Translations under genes and position numbers: made by a program | The notes under the pieces: generated by a model | Database searches by the model: none | What the model saw: only the letters and a program-made list of their open reading frames with translations | What the model was told of the DNA's origin: nothing | NCBI GenBank assembly: GCA_945860515.1 | Contig: CAMARI010000001.1 | Location: forward strand, 1 to 57,963 | Direction of reading: 5' to 3' | Source: Polaromonas sp. YR568 | GTDB lineage: Bacteria; Pseudomonadota; Gammaproteobacteria; Burkholderiales; Burkholderiaceae_C | DNA: 57,963 nt | Shown here: one piece after another, positions 9,964 through 22,496 of the stretch | Position numbering within the stretch: position 1 is the first letter of the stretch | How the letters are laid out: the number at the start of each line of letters is the position of its first letter

Positions 9964-11459
9964 TCACGCAACTGCATACGCCTCTTGAAGCTGCCAGCTG
10001 GTTGCGTGCGCGGACAACCGGCAGTCTGTACGCGGACAGCCGAAGGGTTCAGGCTGGTGACGGCTTTATGGCTTGGCCTGGTGCTGCCAGCGATGCGCGT
10101 CAATACGTCAACGATGTGCTGAAGGTCGGAGCGAACGCATGCCTGGTGGATGCCGATGGGGTTGAAAAGTATGGTTTTTCAGGCGGAAAAGTTGCCGCTT
10201 ATGCCGGACTCAAAAGCGCAGCAGCGCCAATAGCAGCAGCGTATTTTGAAGAACCCAGCAAGCACCTACAAACCGTTGCCATCACCGGAACCAACGGTAA
10301 AACATCCACCGCGTGGTGGTTAACGCACGCACTGGGTAAGCTCCACCGAAAATGTGCGATGGTTGGCACGCTGGGCATCGGCGCTCCTGAGGCGATGGTT
10401 TGCAATGGCCTGACCACACCAGACCCGGTCTTGTTGCAGCAGCAGTTGAGACGATTTGTGGATGAAGGTTTTGCGGCCTGCGCGATTGAAGCGTCGTCCA
10501 TCGGTATCGCCGAGCAGCGGCTGGATGGAACGCAGTTTCAGGTCGCCGTGTTCACCAACTTCACGCAGGACCATCTGGACTATCACGGGTCCATGCAAAA
10601 CTACTGGTCGGCCAAGGAGTCGCTTTTTGCATGGCCCGCTCTGGCATCTGCCGTCATCAATACAGACGATGCGCGTGGCCAGTTTTTGCATGAAAAACTC
10701 AAGTCATCAGGTCTGGATGTGTGGACGGTTTCTATCGGTCAGCCTGCCCGCTTGCAGGCCGAGGCGATTCAACAAAGCGGCAGCATCCTGAAATTTTTTG
10801 TTGTCGAAGGCGTGGAGCGCCGGGAAGTGACCACCCCGGCGGTGGGCTTGTACAACGTCTCGAATCTTTTGGGGGTACTGGGCGCGATGCGTGCCTTGGG
10901 CGTGCCCCTGGAAGACGCTGCCAAAGCCTGCTGCTCTTTACCCCTTGTACCGGGTCGCCTGAATACTCTGGGTGAAGCGGGTACACCGCTGGTGGTGATC
11001 GACTACGCGCACACACCCGATGCGATTGAAAAGGTTCTGGTGGCGCTTCGTCCTGTCGCCGATGACAGGGGCGGGCGCTTGTGGTGCGTGTTTGGTTGCG
11101 GCGGTGATCGCGACACTACAAAACGTCCCCTGATGGCAGCGATGGCCCAAAAGTATTCAGACCACATCGTCGTGACCAGCGACAACCCGCGCAGCGAAAG
11201 CCCATCAGCCATCATCAGCCAGATTTTGCTGGGTTTGACCCGACACGATGCGCAGCATGAATCAGTGCATGTGCAATCTGACCGCGCTCAGGCGATTGTT
11301 CAAGCCATCGCAAATGCAAAGCCTGAGGACGTGGTGTTGCTGGCAGGCAAGGGCCATGAAACCAGCCAGGACATTGGCGGCGTGAAATACCCGTTTGAAG
11401 ACCAGCTTCATGCCCGCGCTGCCCTGAACGCGCGCCAACCGGTGGGAGCAGGCTCATGA
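9960..11459 (+). CDS. murE: UDP-MurNAc-Ala-Glu--meso-DAP ligase
   Basis: [21 protein letters not shown] (DAP specificity), LAGKGHE. Confidence 0.97.
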   Translation: MITQLHTPLEAASWLRARTTGSLYADSRRVQAGDGFMAWPGAASDARQYVNDVLKVGANACLVDADGVEKYGFSGGKVAAYAGLKSAAAPIAAAYFEEPSKHLQTVAITGTNGKTSTAWWLTHALGKLHRKCAMVGTLGIGAPEAMVCNGLTTPDPVLLQQQLRRFVDEGFAACAIEASSIGIAEQRLDGTQFQVAVFTNFTQDHLDYHGSMQNYWSAKESLFAWPALASAVINTDDARGQFLHEKLKSSGLDVWTVSIGQPARLQAEAIQQSGSILKFFVVEGVERREVTTPAVGLYNVSNLLGVLGAMRALGVPLEDAAKACCSLPLVPGRLNTLGEAGTPLVVIDYAHTPDAIEKVLVALRPVADDRGGRLWCVFGCGGDRDTTKRPLMAAMAQKYSDHIVVTSDNPRSESPSAIISQILLGLTRHDAQHESVHVQSDRAQAIVQAIANAKPEDVVLLAGKGHETSQDIGGVKYPFEDQLHARAALNARQPVGAGS

Positions 11460-12829
11460 TGACCTTACAACAGGCATCAAGCTGGGTCGATGCCGCCCAG
11501 CTGGTCGGAGACGGCCATATTGACATCATGCGTGTGCACACCGATACGCGCAGCTTGAAAGCGGGTGATTTGTTTGTTGCGCTCCAAGGTGACAACTTTG
11601 ACGCACATGATTTTTTGCTGCAAGCCAAATCGCAGGGTGCTGTTGCAGCGCTGGCGCAGCACGGACTGGCGCAAGCCGGCTTGCCGGGTGTGCAAGTCAA
11701 CGATTCCAGAAAAGCCTTGGGTCAGTTGGCGGCTGGCTGGCGCCGTCAATTTGACTTGCCGCTGATTGCTGTGACGGGCAGCAACGGCAAAACCACGGTG
11801 ACGCAAATGATCGCATCGATCTTGCGTACTTTTCAGCCAGCCCAGGCCTTTGCCACCGAAGGTAATTTGAACAACGATGTTGGCGTGCCGTTAACGCTGC
11901 TGCGATTGACGGCGAATCACCGCATAGGTGTCGTCGAGCTTGGCATGAACCACCCTGGCGAAATTGCTTATCTTGCCCGCATCACCAGACCCACTGTCGC
12001 TCTCGTCAACAACGCGCAGCGTGAGCACCTGGAGTTCATGGGCACGGTTGAAGCAGTGGCACATGAAAACGCAGCTGTGATCGATGCCTTGGGGCCTGAG
12101 GGGGTTGCTGTATTTCCGGCGGATGACGACTATTCAGCAGTGTGGATGAAAAAGGCGGGAACCCGTTCGCTGCTCACGTTCGCGCTTGCAGGCAAAGCAG
12201 ATGTCACAGCTGACGCCCACTGGAGGGGTACGGGCTGGCAGGTGACAGCAAAAACACCACAAGGACCTTTGGCTTTCACGCTGGCTGTTGCAGGCATGCA
12301 CAACGTGAAAAATGCATTGGCTGCCACAGCCTGCGCATTGGCCGCTGGTGTGCCACTTGAATGCATTTCAAGCGGCTTGAGTGGGTTCGAGCCTGTCAAG
12401 GGACGTTCGCGCACGATTCAGATTCTCTTTGAAGGCCGACCTGTCACGCTGATTGATGACACCTACAACGCCAACCCGGACTCGATGCACGCTGCCATTG
12501 ACGTGCTCGCAACATTGCCAGGCCCACGCCTGCTGGTGATGGGTGACATGGGTGAGGTGGGAGACCAGGGTCCGCAGTTTCATGCCGAGGCGGGACGCTG
12601 GGCAAAAGCGCAGGGCATCGACGATCTTTACACCCTTGGTACGCAGGCCCGTTTGGCCGGTCAAAGCTTTGGCAAGGAACGACATTTTGATGATGTGGAA
12701 GCACTGAAACAGGCCGTACTTGCGCAACTGCCAAATGTCAACAGCGTGCTCGTCAAGGGGTCGCGCTTCATGAAGATGGAACGTGTAGTCGTCTCAATAC
12801 AAGAACAACAAAAGGACACCTTATGCTGA
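11456..12829 (+). CDS. murF: UDP-MurNAc-tripeptide--D-Ala-D-Ala ligase
   Basis: [34 protein letters not shown]. Confidence 0.97.
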   Translation: MMTLQQASSWVDAAQLVGDGHIDIMRVHTDTRSLKAGDLFVALQGDNFDAHDFLLQAKSQGAVAALAQHGLAQAGLPGVQVNDSRKALGQLAAGWRRQFDLPLIAVTGSNGKTTVTQMIASILRTFQPAQAFATEGNLNNDVGVPLTLLRLTANHRIGVVELGMNHPGEIAYLARITRPTVALVNNAQREHLEFMGTVEAVAHENAAVIDALGPEGVAVFPADDDYSAVWMKKAGTRSLLTFALAGKADVTADAHWRGTGWQVTAKTPQGPLAFTLAVAGMHNVKNALAATACALAAGVPLECISSGLSGFEPVKGRSRTIQILFEGRPVTLIDDTYNANPDSMHAAIDVLATLPGPRLLVMGDMGEVGDQGPQFHAEAGRWAKAQGIDDLYTLGTQARLAGQSFGKERHFDDVEALKQAVLAQLPNVNSVLVKGSRFMKMERVVVSIQEQQKDTLC

Positions 12830-14001
12830 TCAACCTGGGTCAATGGCTTCAGACCCTGTCGCCTGAATTTGGATTCTTCCGGGTGTTTCAGTACCTGACG
12901 TTTCGTGCCGTGATGGCGGCGTTGACCGCGCTGCTGATGGGTTTGGTGGCCGGGCCGATCGTTATCCGCAGACTGGCAGCTCTGAAAATTGGCCAGCCCA
13001 TTCGCGAATACGCCATGCAAACGCATCTGAGCAAATCGGGAACGCCCACCATGGGTGGTGTTTTGATCTTGCTTTGTATCGCTATTTCAACCCTGTTGTG
13101 GGCGGATTTGTCCAACCGTTTCGTCTGGATTGTGTTGCTGGTCACCCTGGGATTCGGTGCCATCGGCTGGGCTGACGATTGGCGCAAGGTGGTTCACAAA
13201 GACCCAGAGGGCATGCGCTCGCGCGAGAAATACCTGTGGCAATCTGCCATTGGCCTAATTGCGGCGCTGTATTTGGTGTTCAGCATTTCGGAAAGCTCTA
13301 ACCTGAAGGTGATGGGCCTGTTTGTCAGCTGGGTGCAATCCGGCTTTGATGTCAGTCTGCCGCCCAAGGCCGGCCTTCTTCTGCCGTTCGTCAAAGAGGT
13401 CAGTTACCCGCTGGGTGTGTTTGGCTTTGTCGTCCTGACTTATCTGGTCATCGTCGGGTCGAGCAATGCCGTCAATCTGACGGACGGTCTGGACGGTCTG
13501 GCCATCATGCCCGTGGTGATGGTGGGCTCTGCCCTGGGTGTGTTTGCCTACGTGACTGGCAGCGCGGTCTACTCAAAGTACCTGTTCTTTCCGCACATAC
13601 CAGGCTCGGGCGAACTGATGATCTTTTGCGCTGCCATGGCGGGCAGTGGCCTGGCCTTTTTATGGTTCAACACGCATCCCGCACAGGTTTTCATGGGTGA
13701 TGTGGGGGCTCTGGCGCTGGGTGCGGCTCTGGGCACGATTGCAGTCATCGTTCGCCAGGAAATCGTGTTGGCCATCATGGGCGGCATTTTCGTCGTCGAA
13801 GCGTTGTCGGTGATGCTTCAGGTCAGTTACTTCAAGTACACCAAAAAGCGTTTTGGCGAGGGCCGGCGGATTTTGAAAATGGCGCCTTTGCACCATCATT
13901 TTGAAAAAAGCGGCTGGAAGGAAACGCAAGTCGTGGTGCGCTTCTGGATCATCACCATGCTGCTGTGTCTGGTGGGCCTTTCAACCTTGAAGCTCCGATG
14001 A
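12823..14001 (+). CDS. mraY: Phospho-MurNAc-pentapeptide transferase
   Basis: [35 protein letters not shown]. Confidence 0.98.
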   Translation: MLINLGQWLQTLSPEFGFFRVFQYLTFRAVMAALTALLMGLVAGPIVIRRLAALKIGQPIREYAMQTHLSKSGTPTMGGVLILLCIAISTLLWADLSNRFVWIVLLVTLGFGAIGWADDWRKVVHKDPEGMRSREKYLWQSAIGLIAALYLVFSISESSNLKVMGLFVSWVQSGFDVSLPPKAGLLLPFVKEVSYPLGVFGFVVLTYLVIVGSSNAVNLTDGLDGLAIMPVVMVGSALGVFAYVTGSAVYSKYLFFPHIPGSGELMIFCAAMAGSGLAFLWFNTHPAQVFMGDVGALALGAALGTIAVIVRQEIVLAIMGGIFVVEALSVMLQVSYFKYTKKRFGEGRRILKMAPLHHHFEKSGWKETQVVVRFWIITMLLCLVGLSTLKLR

Positions 14002-15512
14002 AACACTTGGCCGACAAACACGTTCTTGTGCTGGGCTTGGGCAGCTCTGGCCTGGCGCTGGCCCGCTGGTGTGCCAGGTGCGGCGCGCAAGTCACCGTGG
14101 CGGACACAAGAGCCGAGCCGCCCCAACTTGCCGCGCTGCGCGTCAGTGTGCCGTCGGCTCGGTTTGTTCAGGCAGAGATGGATGCTGCCTTGCTCGATAC
14201 AGTGGACGGGTTTGCACCGTTTGACATGGTGGTTAAAAGCCCTGGTTTAAGTCCTGCATCGACTGCTGCTGTGAATGCTGCTGCCGCTGCAAGCGGCCTG
14301 GTTGTTGGCAATGAACTCAGCCTGTTCGCGCAGGCATTGAGCGACTTGAAAGAGGGCACTGCCTATGCCCCGCAAGTCATTGGCATCACAGGGACCAACG
14401 GCAAGACAACCGTGACCTCATTGACCGGCCAATTGGCAGAGCGGGCTGGTAAAACGGTGGCAGTCGCTGGCAACATTGGCCCCACCTTGCTCGATACGCT
14501 GGCCGAAAAACTCGACACCGACACCTTGCCTGAAGTATGGGTGCTGGAGCTGTCCAGCTTTCAATTAGACGGCATTCAGAACTTCGAACCCGCCGTGGCG
14601 GCAGTGCTGAACATTACCCAGGACCATCTGGACTGGCATGGCACTTTTGAAGCCTATGCACAGGCTAAAAATAACATTTATGGCCAAGCTGGCCTGATGC
14701 TGCTCAATCGCAACGACCCGCTGGTCATGGCTGCTGTCCCCGCGCCGGTCAAGGGCAAGCCCCTGCGTGGCTACCTGACCTATGGCCATGACGAGCCGCA
14801 GCGGCCCGGTGACTACGGCATCGAAAATGTGAACGGCATGGCATGGCTGGTACGTGCAGCAGAGCTTGACGAAACCATCAAACGCAAACGGGGTGAGAAA
14901 AGCGACGAGGCACAGTTGTACATTCAGCGCCTGATGCCAATGGAGGCGTTGCGCATTCACGGCTTGCACAATGCTACCAACGCGCTGGCAGCACTGGCAC
15001 TCAGCACTGCCGCAGGCTGCACGCTGAGCCCGATGCTGTACGGTCTGCGCGAGTACCGGGGCGAGCCGCATCGTGTTGAGTCCGTCGCCGTCATCAACGG
15101 CGTTGAGTATTTTGATGACAGCAAAGGCACCAACGTCGGTGCCACCGTTGCTGCGCTTTCTGGCCTGGGTGCACAACGCAAATTGGTCGTGATCTTGGGC
15201 GGGGTTGGCAAAGACCAGGACTTCTCGCCTTTGGCTGGTCCGATGTCGCGCTTTGCACGGGCCGTGATCCTGATAGGACGCGATGCGCCATTGATCAAGG
15301 CTGCGCTGGACAACAGTGCCGTCACTTTGCTCGACGCTGAATCCATGCAGGAAGCGGTCAGCCTGGCTTCTAGGCACGCATTGGCGGGAGATGCTGTGCT
15401 GATGTCCCCCGCCTGTGCCAGCTTTGACATGTTTGACAACTATGAGCACCGCGCCAGAGCGTTTTGCGAAGCGGTACAGGCACTGGCCCTTGAAGAGGGG
15501 GTCATGCTGTGA
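13998..15512 (+). CDS. murD: UDP-MurNAc-Ala--D-Glu ligase
   Basis: [36 protein letters not shown]; ATGA overlap with mraY. Confidence 0.97.
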   Translation: MKHLADKHVLVLGLGSSGLALARWCARCGAQVTVADTRAEPPQLAALRVSVPSARFVQAEMDAALLDTVDGFAPFDMVVKSPGLSPASTAAVNAAAAASGLVVGNELSLFAQALSDLKEGTAYAPQVIGITGTNGKTTVTSLTGQLAERAGKTVAVAGNIGPTLLDTLAEKLDTDTLPEVWVLELSSFQLDGIQNFEPAVAAVLNITQDHLDWHGTFEAYAQAKNNIYGQAGLMLLNRNDPLVMAAVPAPVKGKPLRGYLTYGHDEPQRPGDYGIENVNGMAWLVRAAELDETIKRKRGEKSDEAQLYIQRLMPMEALRIHGLHNATNALAALALSTAAGCTLSPMLYGLREYRGEPHRVESVAVINGVEYFDDSKGTNVGATVAALSGLGAQRKLVVILGGVGKDQDFSPLAGPMSRFARAVILIGRDAPLIKAALDNSAVTLLDAESMQEAVSLASRHALAGDAVLMSPACASFDMFDNYEHRARAFCEAVQALALEEGVML

Positions 15513-16783
15513 GGACAAGCGCCACGATGAGTTCGCGTCTTTTGGGCTGGCTTTCCCAATGGGGCAGCTCGGACAAGACGGCACCTGACGCTCTGCCAGT
15601 GCGGCTGAACAGACAAAGCCTGCAAGGGTCGGGTTCGGCACCCGTCACTCTGGCAGGCTTTGATCAGGCTCTGGTGTGGGTCACGTTGGCGCTCTTGATG
15701 TTTGGGCTGGTGATGGTGTACTCGGCATCCGTGGCGATGCCTGACAACCCCAAGTTTTCTCGTTACGCGCACACGCATTTTTTGTTCCGTCATGTGTTTT
15801 CGCTGGTGGTGGCTTTCGTGGTGGCCTTGCTGGCATTTCAGGTGCCGGTGGCCACCTGGGAAAAGCTGGCACCCTGGTTGTTTGTAACGTCGCTGATTTT
15901 GCTGATGCTGGTACTAATACCAGGTGTGGGCAAGGTGGTGTACGGCGCGCGTCGCTGGTTGCCACTTGGCTTCATGAATTTTCAGCCATCCGAACTTGCC
16001 AAATTTGCGGTTCTTCTTTACGCGGCAGATTACATGGTTCGCAAGATGGACGTCAAAGAAAAGTTTTGGCGCGCAGTGTTGCCCATGGGCGCGGCCGTTG
16101 GTGTGGTCGGTGTCTTGTTGCTAGCCGAGCCCGATATGGGTGCGTTCATGGTGATCGCCGTGATCGCCATGGGCATCCTGTTTCTCGGCGGTGTCAACGC
16201 CCGCATGTTTTTTCTGATTGCGACAATCCTGGCCGGTGCCTTTTGCTTGATGATCGCATTCAACGAATACCGCCGTGCGCGTATTTTTGCTTACCTGGAT
16301 CCCTGGAGCGACACCAATGCAATAGGTAAGGGTTACCAACTCACACACTCTTTGATCGCGTTCGGGCGCGGCGAGATTTTTGGGGTGGGTCTGGGCGGAA
16401 GTGTTGAAAAATTGCACTGGTTGCCCGAGGCCCACACAGACTTCTTGATGGCCGTGATTGGCGAAGAGTTTGGCTTGGTCGGCGTGCTGGTCGTGATTGG
16501 CCTGTTCATGTGGATGGTCAGACGCATCATGCACATTGGCCGCCAGTCCATTGCGCTCGACCGGCTGTTTGCCGGCCTGACGGCCCAGGGCATTGCGATC
16601 TGGCTTGGTTTTCAAACCTTTATCAATATCGGCGTGAATCTGGGCGCGCTGCCCACCAAGGGCCTGACATTACCCCTGATGAGCTATGGCGGTTCGGCGA
16701 TCCTGATGAATTTGATTTCGCTCGCTGTGGTCCTGCGGATTGACTACGAAAATCGATTGCTCATGCGGGGGGGTCGCGCATGA
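15509..16783 (+). CDS. ftsW: SEDS peptidoglycan polymerase FtsW
   Basis: [29 protein letters not shown]; dcw position. Confidence 0.97.
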   Translation: MRTSATMSSRLLGWLSQWGSSDKTAPDALPVRLNRQSLQGSGSAPVTLAGFDQALVWVTLALLMFGLVMVYSASVAMPDNPKFSRYAHTHFLFRHVFSLVVAFVVALLAFQVPVATWEKLAPWLFVTSLILLMLVLIPGVGKVVYGARRWLPLGFMNFQPSELAKFAVLLYAADYMVRKMDVKEKFWRAVLPMGAAVGVVGVLLLAEPDMGAFMVIAVIAMGILFLGGVNARMFFLIATILAGAFCLMIAFNEYRRARIFAYLDPWSDTNAIGKGYQLTHSLIAFGRGEIFGVGLGGSVEKLHWLPEAHTDFLMAVIGEEFGLVGVLVVIGLFMWMVRRIMHIGRQSIALDRLFAGLTAQGIAIWLGFQTFINIGVNLGALPTKGLTLPLMSYGGSAILMNLISLAVVLRIDYENRLLMRGGRA

Positions 16784-17859
16784 CGCAGCGTTGCGCTCTC
16801 GTGATGGCTGGCGGCACAGGCGGACATATTTTCCCAGGCCTGGCAGTCGCCGAAGCCTTGCGTGACAAAGGCTGGCGTGTGCATTGGCTGGGCGGCAACG
16901 GCACCCTGAACAATCCGAGTATGGAAAGCCAGCTTGTACCGCCACGCGGATTCGCGTTCGAAACGATTGACTTTTCAGGTGTGCGCGGCAAGGGTCCTGT
17001 GACATTGGCTTTTCTGCCGGTGCGTTTGCTTCGAGCCTTCTGGCAAAGCATTCAGGTGATACGCCGAGTCAAGCCGAACGTGGTGATTGGCTTGGGTGGT
17101 TACATTGCCTTTCCGGCGGGCATGATGGCGGTTTTGTTGGGTAAGCCACTTGTGCTGCATGAACAGAATTCAGTCGCGGGCATGGTCAACAAGGTTTTGG
17201 CGCAGCTGGCTGATCGGGTTTTCACGGCGTTTCCAGATGTGCTCCAGAATGCCGAATGGATTGGCAATCCCTTGCGGCCTGCCTTCACAAGTCAGGCCGA
17301 TCCTGAAGCGCGCTTTGCAGGGCGTACCGGACCACTGCGTCTGGTGGTGGTCGGGGGCAGTTTGGGGGCAAAGGCCTTGAACGCTGTGGTGCCGCAGGCG
17401 CTGGCACTGATGGCGCCAGAGTCGCGTCCTGTGGTGGTTCATCAAAGCGGCGCAAAGCAAATTGACGAGTTGCGCGCCAACTATCAGGCCGCCGGTGTTG
17501 AAGCAACGCTCACCCCTTTCATCGACGACACGGCAAGTGCATTTGCTGACGCAGACCTGATTGTCTGCCGCGCCGGGGCCAGCACAGTCACCGAAATTGC
17601 TGCCGTTGGTGCCGCCGCGCTTTTCGTGCCTTTTCCGTCAGCTGTAGATGACCACCAAACCAGCAACGCCAGGTTTTTGGTGGCCTCTGGCGCGGGATGG
17701 CAAGTTGCCCAAAGCGATTTGACCCCTTCCACACTTGCAGATTTGCTGCAAAAAACAGACCGTGTCACGCTCTTGGATATTGGGTTAAAAGCCAAAAAAA
17801 TGCAAAAAACAGAAGCGACAAAACGTATGGTGGCAGCCTGCGAGGAACTGGCAACATGA
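16780..17859 (+). CDS. murG: Lipid II GlcNAc transferase MurG
   Basis: [35 protein letters not shown]. Confidence 0.98.
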   Translation: MTQRCALVMAGGTGGHIFPGLAVAEALRDKGWRVHWLGGNGTLNNPSMESQLVPPRGFAFETIDFSGVRGKGPVTLAFLPVRLLRAFWQSIQVIRRVKPNVVIGLGGYIAFPAGMMAVLLGKPLVLHEQNSVAGMVNKVLAQLADRVFTAFPDVLQNAEWIGNPLRPAFTSQADPEARFAGRTGPLRLVVVGGSLGAKALNAVVPQALALMAPESRPVVVHQSGAKQIDELRANYQAAGVEATLTPFIDDTASAFADADLIVCRAGASTVTEIAAVGAAALFVPFPSAVDDHQTSNARFLVASGAGWQVAQSDLTPSTLADLLQKTDRVTLLDIGLKAKKMQKTEATKRMVAACEELAT

Positions 17860-19289
17860 GACACGCCATCAAGAACATTCACTTCATTGGTCTGGGTGGC
17901 TCCGGTATGTCGGGTATTGCCGAGGTGCTGCATAACCTGGGTTATGTGATTTCAGGTTCAGACCTGTCGGACAGTTCCACTTTGCAGCGCTTGTCCGGCT
18001 TGGGCATCAAAACCTTTGTGGGCCACGCGGCAAATAATCTGGCAAGCGTCGATGCAGTCGTCACGTCGACTGCCGTGCAGGCTGACAACCCTGAAGTGCT
18101 GGCTGCCCGCGACAAGCGCATTCCTGTGGTGCCGCGCGCCTTGATGCTGGCCGAGTTGATGCGCCTCAAGCAGGGCATTGCCATTGCTGGGACGCACGGA
18201 AAAACCACCACGACCAGTCTGGTTGCCAGCATCTTGGCCGAGGGCGGGCTAGACCCGACCTATGTGATCGGCGGCAGGCTCAATAGCGCAGGCGCCAATG
18301 CCAAACTCGGTTCAGGCGACTACATCGTGGTCGAAGCCGATGAGTCAGATGCATCGTTTTTAAACCTTCTGCCCGTGATGGCCGTGGTGACGAACATCGA
18401 TGCCGACCACATGGAAACTTATGGCCATGACTTTGGCAAGCTGAAAAAAGCATTTGTTGATTTTCTGCACCGCATGCCTTTTTACGGCACCGCCATTTTG
18501 TGCACCGATGACGCCGCTGTTCAAAGCATCATGCCCTTGGTGACGTGTCCCATTACCAGTTATGGCTTCAATGCAGATGCCCAGGTGCGTGCTGTCAAGG
18601 TCAGACCCGTCGGTGCGCAAATGCATTTCACCGCCCTACGGCGCAATGGTGTCACCTTGCCGGATCTGGAAGTGATCCTGAATTTGCCGGGTGAGCACAA
18701 CGTCCTCAATGCTTTATCGGCGATTGCCGTGGCTGTTGAATTGAATGTGCCTGATTCAGCAGTGCAAAAGGCGCTGGCTGAATTCAAAGGCGTCGGCCGG
18801 CGTTTTCAAAGTTATGGCGATATGCCCGCCAACAATGACGGCGTGTTCACGGTCATTGAGGACTATGGCCATCACCCTGTTGAAATGGCCGCAACCCTGG
18901 CGGCAGCCCGGGGCGCGTTTCCTGGCAGACGACTGGTGCTGGCCTTTCAGCCGCATCGCTACACCCGCACACGCGACTGTTTTGAAGACTTCGTCAAGGT
19001 CATGGGTCTGGCTGATGTGGTGCTGCTGTCTGAGGTGTATGCCGCTGGAGAAGCCCCTATCGTTGCTGCAGACGGCCGTTCGCTCAGCCGCGCCCTGCGT
19101 GTAGCCGGCAAGGTAGAGCCGGTGTTTGTTGACGCCATTGAAGCCATGCCGCAGGTCATCATCGACAACGCGAAGGGTGGCGATGTGGTGCTTTGTATGG
19201 GCGCAGGCTCCATTGGCAGTGTGCCCCAAAAAGTGTTGAATATGCTACAAAAAAATGAGCTCCCAGCACAGGAAAGTAGGGCTTTATGA
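17856..19289 (+). CDS. murC: UDP-MurNAc--L-Ala ligase
   Basis: [41 protein letters not shown]; ATGA overlap with murG. Confidence 0.98.
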   Translation: MRHAIKNIHFIGLGGSGMSGIAEVLHNLGYVISGSDLSDSSTLQRLSGLGIKTFVGHAANNLASVDAVVTSTAVQADNPEVLAARDKRIPVVPRALMLAELMRLKQGIAIAGTHGKTTTTSLVASILAEGGLDPTYVIGGRLNSAGANAKLGSGDYIVVEADESDASFLNLLPVMAVVTNIDADHMETYGHDFGKLKKAFVDFLHRMPFYGTAILCTDDAAVQSIMPLVTCPITSYGFNADAQVRAVKVRPVGAQMHFTALRRNGVTLPDLEVILNLPGEHNVLNALSAIAVAVELNVPDSAVQKALAEFKGVGRRFQSYGDMPANNDGVFTVIEDYGHHPVEMAATLAAARGAFPGRRLVLAFQPHRYTRTRDCFEDFVKVMGLADVVLLSEVYAAGEAPIVAADGRSLSRALRVAGKVEPVFVDAIEAMPQVIIDNAKGGDVVLCMGAGSIGSVPQKVLNMLQKNELPAQESRAL

Positions 19290-19298
19290 GCCGAAATA
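19243..19298 (+). repeat. Family-B short repeat, degenerate copy spanning the murC stop and ddl start
   Basis: TGCTACAAAAAAATGAGC-TCCCAGC-ACA-N9-GGCTT-TATGAGC aligns by eye with the other family-B copies. Confidence 0.5.
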
Positions 19299-20287
19299 AC
19301 GTTCAAAATCACGCTGATTTCGGCAAAGTAGCGGTTCTGATGGGCGGGCAGTCAGCAGAGCGTGACATTTCGCTCATGTCGGGTCAGGGCGTACTGACGG
19401 CGTTGTTGTCACGCGGTGTTGATGCCCATGCGTTTGACCCTGCGCAGCGCCCCATGTGTGAACTGAAAACGGACCGCTTTGACCGCTGCTTTATAGCGCT
19501 GCACGGACGCTTTGGCGAAGACGGCACGGTGCAGGGCGCACTTGAACTGATGGGCATCCCCTACACCGGCTCTGGCGTGATGGCCTCCAGCATGGCCATT
19601 GACAAGGTCATGACCAAGCGAGTGCTGGTAGCTGTTGGTGTGCCCATGCCGCAACATGTCTTGCTTCAGCGCGGTGCTTATACCGCGCAGGATGTCCAAC
19701 AAGCACTTGTTCAATTGGGTCTGCCGCTGATCGTCAAGCCATCACGCGAAGGCTCGTCGCTTGGACTGACCAAGGTCATGGATGCCTCTCATATGGCGGC
19801 CGCCGTTGAACAGGCGGCGCAGCTGGATGCCGATATTTTGTGTGAGCAGTTCATTGATGGCGATGAAGTGACTTGCCCGGTACTGGGCGCTGGCAGCCAG
19901 GCTTATGCCTTGCCCCTTATCCGTATCGAAGCTGTTGACGGCAACTACGATTACCAGAACAAATACTTCACAGACACCACCCAGTACCTGGTGCCCTGTG
20001 GTCTGCCGCAAGGGGAAGAAAAGGCCATTCAGGAGCTGGTACTGCAGACCTATCGCACGCTCAATTGCCGGGGCTGGGCGCGTGCTGATGTGATGATCGA
20101 CAAGCAAACCCGCAAGCCCTTCCTGCTGGAGGTCAACACGTCGCCCGGCATGACCGGGCATTCGCTGGTACCCATGTCGGCGCGTGCTGTAGGTCTGTCT
20201 TATGAAGATCTGTGCCTTGAGATTTTGAACTCCGCTGCGCTGGATTACGAAACCAAGCCTGCAGCAACTCAAGGAGCCATCACTTGA
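19286..20287 (+). CDS. ddl: D-Ala--D-Ala ligase
   Basis: [43 protein letters not shown]. Confidence 0.98.
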   Translation: MSRNNVQNHADFGKVAVLMGGQSAERDISLMSGQGVLTALLSRGVDAHAFDPAQRPMCELKTDRFDRCFIALHGRFGEDGTVQGALELMGIPYTGSGVMASSMAIDKVMTKRVLVAVGVPMPQHVLLQRGAYTAQDVQQALVQLGLPLIVKPSREGSSLGLTKVMDASHMAAAVEQAAQLDADILCEQFIDGDEVTCPVLGAGSQAYALPLIRIEAVDGNYDYQNKYFTDTTQYLVPCGLPQGEEKAIQELVLQTYRTLNCRGWARADVMIDKQTRKPFLLEVNTSPGMTGHSLVPMSARAVGLSYEDLCLEILNSAALDYETKPAATQGAIT

Positions 20288-21093
20288 GACGCACCTTGCC
20301 ACTGCCAGCGGCTACCGCCATACCTGCGGACATTCGGTTGATGAACGCGGTATCGACAGCGTTTGGCTGGGTGTTTGTGCTGATGCTGCTGGCCATGGCG
20401 ATGTCCTGGCTACAACGCCTGCCGCTGTTTAGCCTCAGTGCCATTGCCGTTCAGGGTGACGTGGTGCACAACAATGCCGTCACGCTGCGCGCCAATGTGG
20501 CCCCCCATTTGGCGGGCAATTTTTTCACAGTCAATCTGAGCCAGACCCGCGCTGTTTTTGAGTCCGTCCCCTGGGTTCGCAAAGCCGTTGTTCAGCGCCA
20601 GTTCCCCGACCGCTTGAAAGTGGTCTTGCAGGAACATCAGGCGGTTGCGTACTGGGGGCCTGAGGGCGATACCCGCTTGGTGAACAGCTTTGGCGAGGTA
20701 TTTGAGGCCAACCAGGCCGAGGTTGAATCCGCCGATTTGCCGCAGCTCAATGGCCCGGTGGGTCAAGCACCGGTGGTGCTTCAGGTGTACCGCCTGGTGT
20801 CTGCGCAGTTTGCCAAGCTGGACATGACGATCGAACGCCTGGAGCTGACGGGTCAAGGTAGCTGGCGAGCGCGTTTCGAGAACGGCGCCAGCATCGAAAT
20901 GGGTCACGGCTCGTCTGGCGATATTGAAAGCCGCACGCAGCGTTTTATAGCCACTTTGAGCCAGGTGTCATCCCGCTATGGCCGTGATCTCGAATCTGCC
21001 GACTTGCGTTACAGCAACGGCTATGCGCTCAAGCTAAAAGGCGTCACCACTTTGAATCCGGGTGACAAAGACGACAAGAAAGTAAAAAGGTAA
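20284..21093 (+). CDS. ftsQ: Cell division protein FtsQ
   Basis: TM plus POTRA ([17 protein letters not shown]) and DLRYSNGYA; exact start uncertain. Confidence 0.95.
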   Translation: MRRTLPLPAATAIPADIRLMNAVSTAFGWVFVLMLLAMAMSWLQRLPLFSLSAIAVQGDVVHNNAVTLRANVAPHLAGNFFTVNLSQTRAVFESVPWVRKAVVQRQFPDRLKVVLQEHQAVAYWGPEGDTRLVNSFGEVFEANQAEVESADLPQLNGPVGQAPVVLQVYRLVSAQFAKLDMTIERLELTGQGSWRARFENGASIEMGHGSSGDIESRTQRFIATLSQVSSRYGRDLESADLRYSNGYALKLKGVTTLNPGDKDDKKVKR

Positions 21094-21097
21094 AGCT

Positions 21098-22327
21098 ATG
21101 GCCAAAGAATACAAAGACCTGGTGGTGGGGCTGGATATTGGAACCAGCAAGGTCATGGTGGTGGTGGCAGAGGTCATGCCCGGCGGCGAGCTCAAGCTCG
21201 CGGGCCTGGGTATTGCTGCAAGCAATGGGCTCAAGCGCGGTGTGGTGGTCAACATCGATGCAACGGTGCAAAGCATCCAGCAGGCTTTGAAAGAAGCCGA
21301 GCTGATGGCGGATTGCAAAATCTCCCGGGTGTACACAGGAATCACCGGCAGCCACATACGCGGCATCAATTCGAGCGGCATGGTGGCAGTCAAAGACAAG
21401 GAAGTCACGCAAGCAGACGTCGCCCGTGTCATTGAAACCGCCAAGGCCATCAACATTTCGACCGATCAGCGCTTGCTTCTGGTGGAACCCCAAGAGTTTG
21501 TGATTGACGGGCAGGACGTGCGCGAGCCGATTGGCATGAGCGGCATTCGGCTGGAAGCCAAGGTGCACATCGTCACCGGTGCGCAAAGTGCTGCTGAAAA
21601 TATCATCAAGTGTGTGCGCCGCTGCGGTCTGGAAGTTGATCAGTTGATGCTTAACCCGCTGGCATCAAGCTTGGCGGTGTTGACACAGGACGAGCAGGAA
21701 CTGGGCGTGGCGCTGGTAGACATTGGTGCTGGCACGACCGATGTGGCCATTTTTACCGGTGGTGCGATTCGCCACACAGCCGTTATCCCGATTGCTGGCG
21801 ACCTGATCACCAGCGACATTGCCATGGCGCTGCGTACCCCCACCAAGGATGCAGAGGACATCAAGGTTGAAAGCGGCTACGCCAAGCAATTGCTGGCCGA
21901 CCCAGATACGCAGGTTGAAGTGCCCGGCCTGGGCGACCGTGCGCCCCGCATGCTGAGCAAGCAGGCGCTGGCAGGCGTTATTGAGCCGCGCATCGAAGAA
22001 ATTTACTCTCTTGTGCAGCAAGTCATTCGCGAATCCGGCTACGAGGAAGTGCTGTCGTCCGGCATTGTGATTACTGGCGGCAGTGCGGTGATGCCGGGCA
22101 TGGTTGAGCTGGGCGAAGACATTTTTTTGAAACCCGTGCGCCGCGGTATTCCGCGCTATTCAAGCTCGCTGTACGACATGGTGGCGCAAGCGCGCGCTGC
22201 GACGGTCATGGGCTTGCTCGAAGAGGCGCGTCTGGCGCGGATGCGCGGCTACAAGGTCTCGCAAAAAGCCGGCAGCGTGCACAACGCGTTCAGCCGGGTC
22301 AAAGACTGGTTTGTGGGGAACTTCTGA
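21098..22327 (+). CDS. ftsA: Cell division protein FtsA
   Basis: VGLDIGTSKV, VDIGAGTTD, C-terminal amphipathic helix (VKDWFVGNF). Confidence 0.98.
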   Translation: MAKEYKDLVVGLDIGTSKVMVVVAEVMPGGELKLAGLGIAASNGLKRGVVVNIDATVQSIQQALKEAELMADCKISRVYTGITGSHIRGINSSGMVAVKDKEVTQADVARVIETAKAINISTDQRLLLVEPQEFVIDGQDVREPIGMSGIRLEAKVHIVTGAQSAAENIIKCVRRCGLEVDQLMLNPLASSLAVLTQDEQELGVALVDIGAGTTDVAIFTGGAIRHTAVIPIAGDLITSDIAMALRTPTKDAEDIKVESGYAKQLLADPDTQVEVPGLGDRAPRMLSKQALAGVIEPRIEEIYSLVQQVIRESGYEEVLSSGIVITGGSAVMPGMVELGEDIFLKPVRRGIPRYSSSLYDMVAQARAATVMGLLEEARLARMRGYKVSQKAGSVHNAFSRVKDWFVGNF

Positions 22328-22496
22328 TGGCCACTTTTTCTAGAACTGAACCAATGAAACACTACCCGGCTTTTATACCCAATGCGCCACCGCACAACCG
22401 GTCAGGAGGCGCAGATCCGCCTTCATGAAAACTTGATCCTCACAACAATGAATCTAATTTTTGGCAACTGCAATTTAACGAAACAGGAGGCTCACC

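Noticed and set aside
14860-14930. Insertions in MurD ([15 protein letters not shown]) and in MraY
   Set aside because: They show no similarity to either repeat family, and I recall them as lineage-typical Burkholderiales features.
22383-22413. TGCGCC...GGCGCA hairpin in the ftsA-ftsZ spacer
   Set aside because: Only a 6-bp stem, with no U-tract or recognisable RNA motif.
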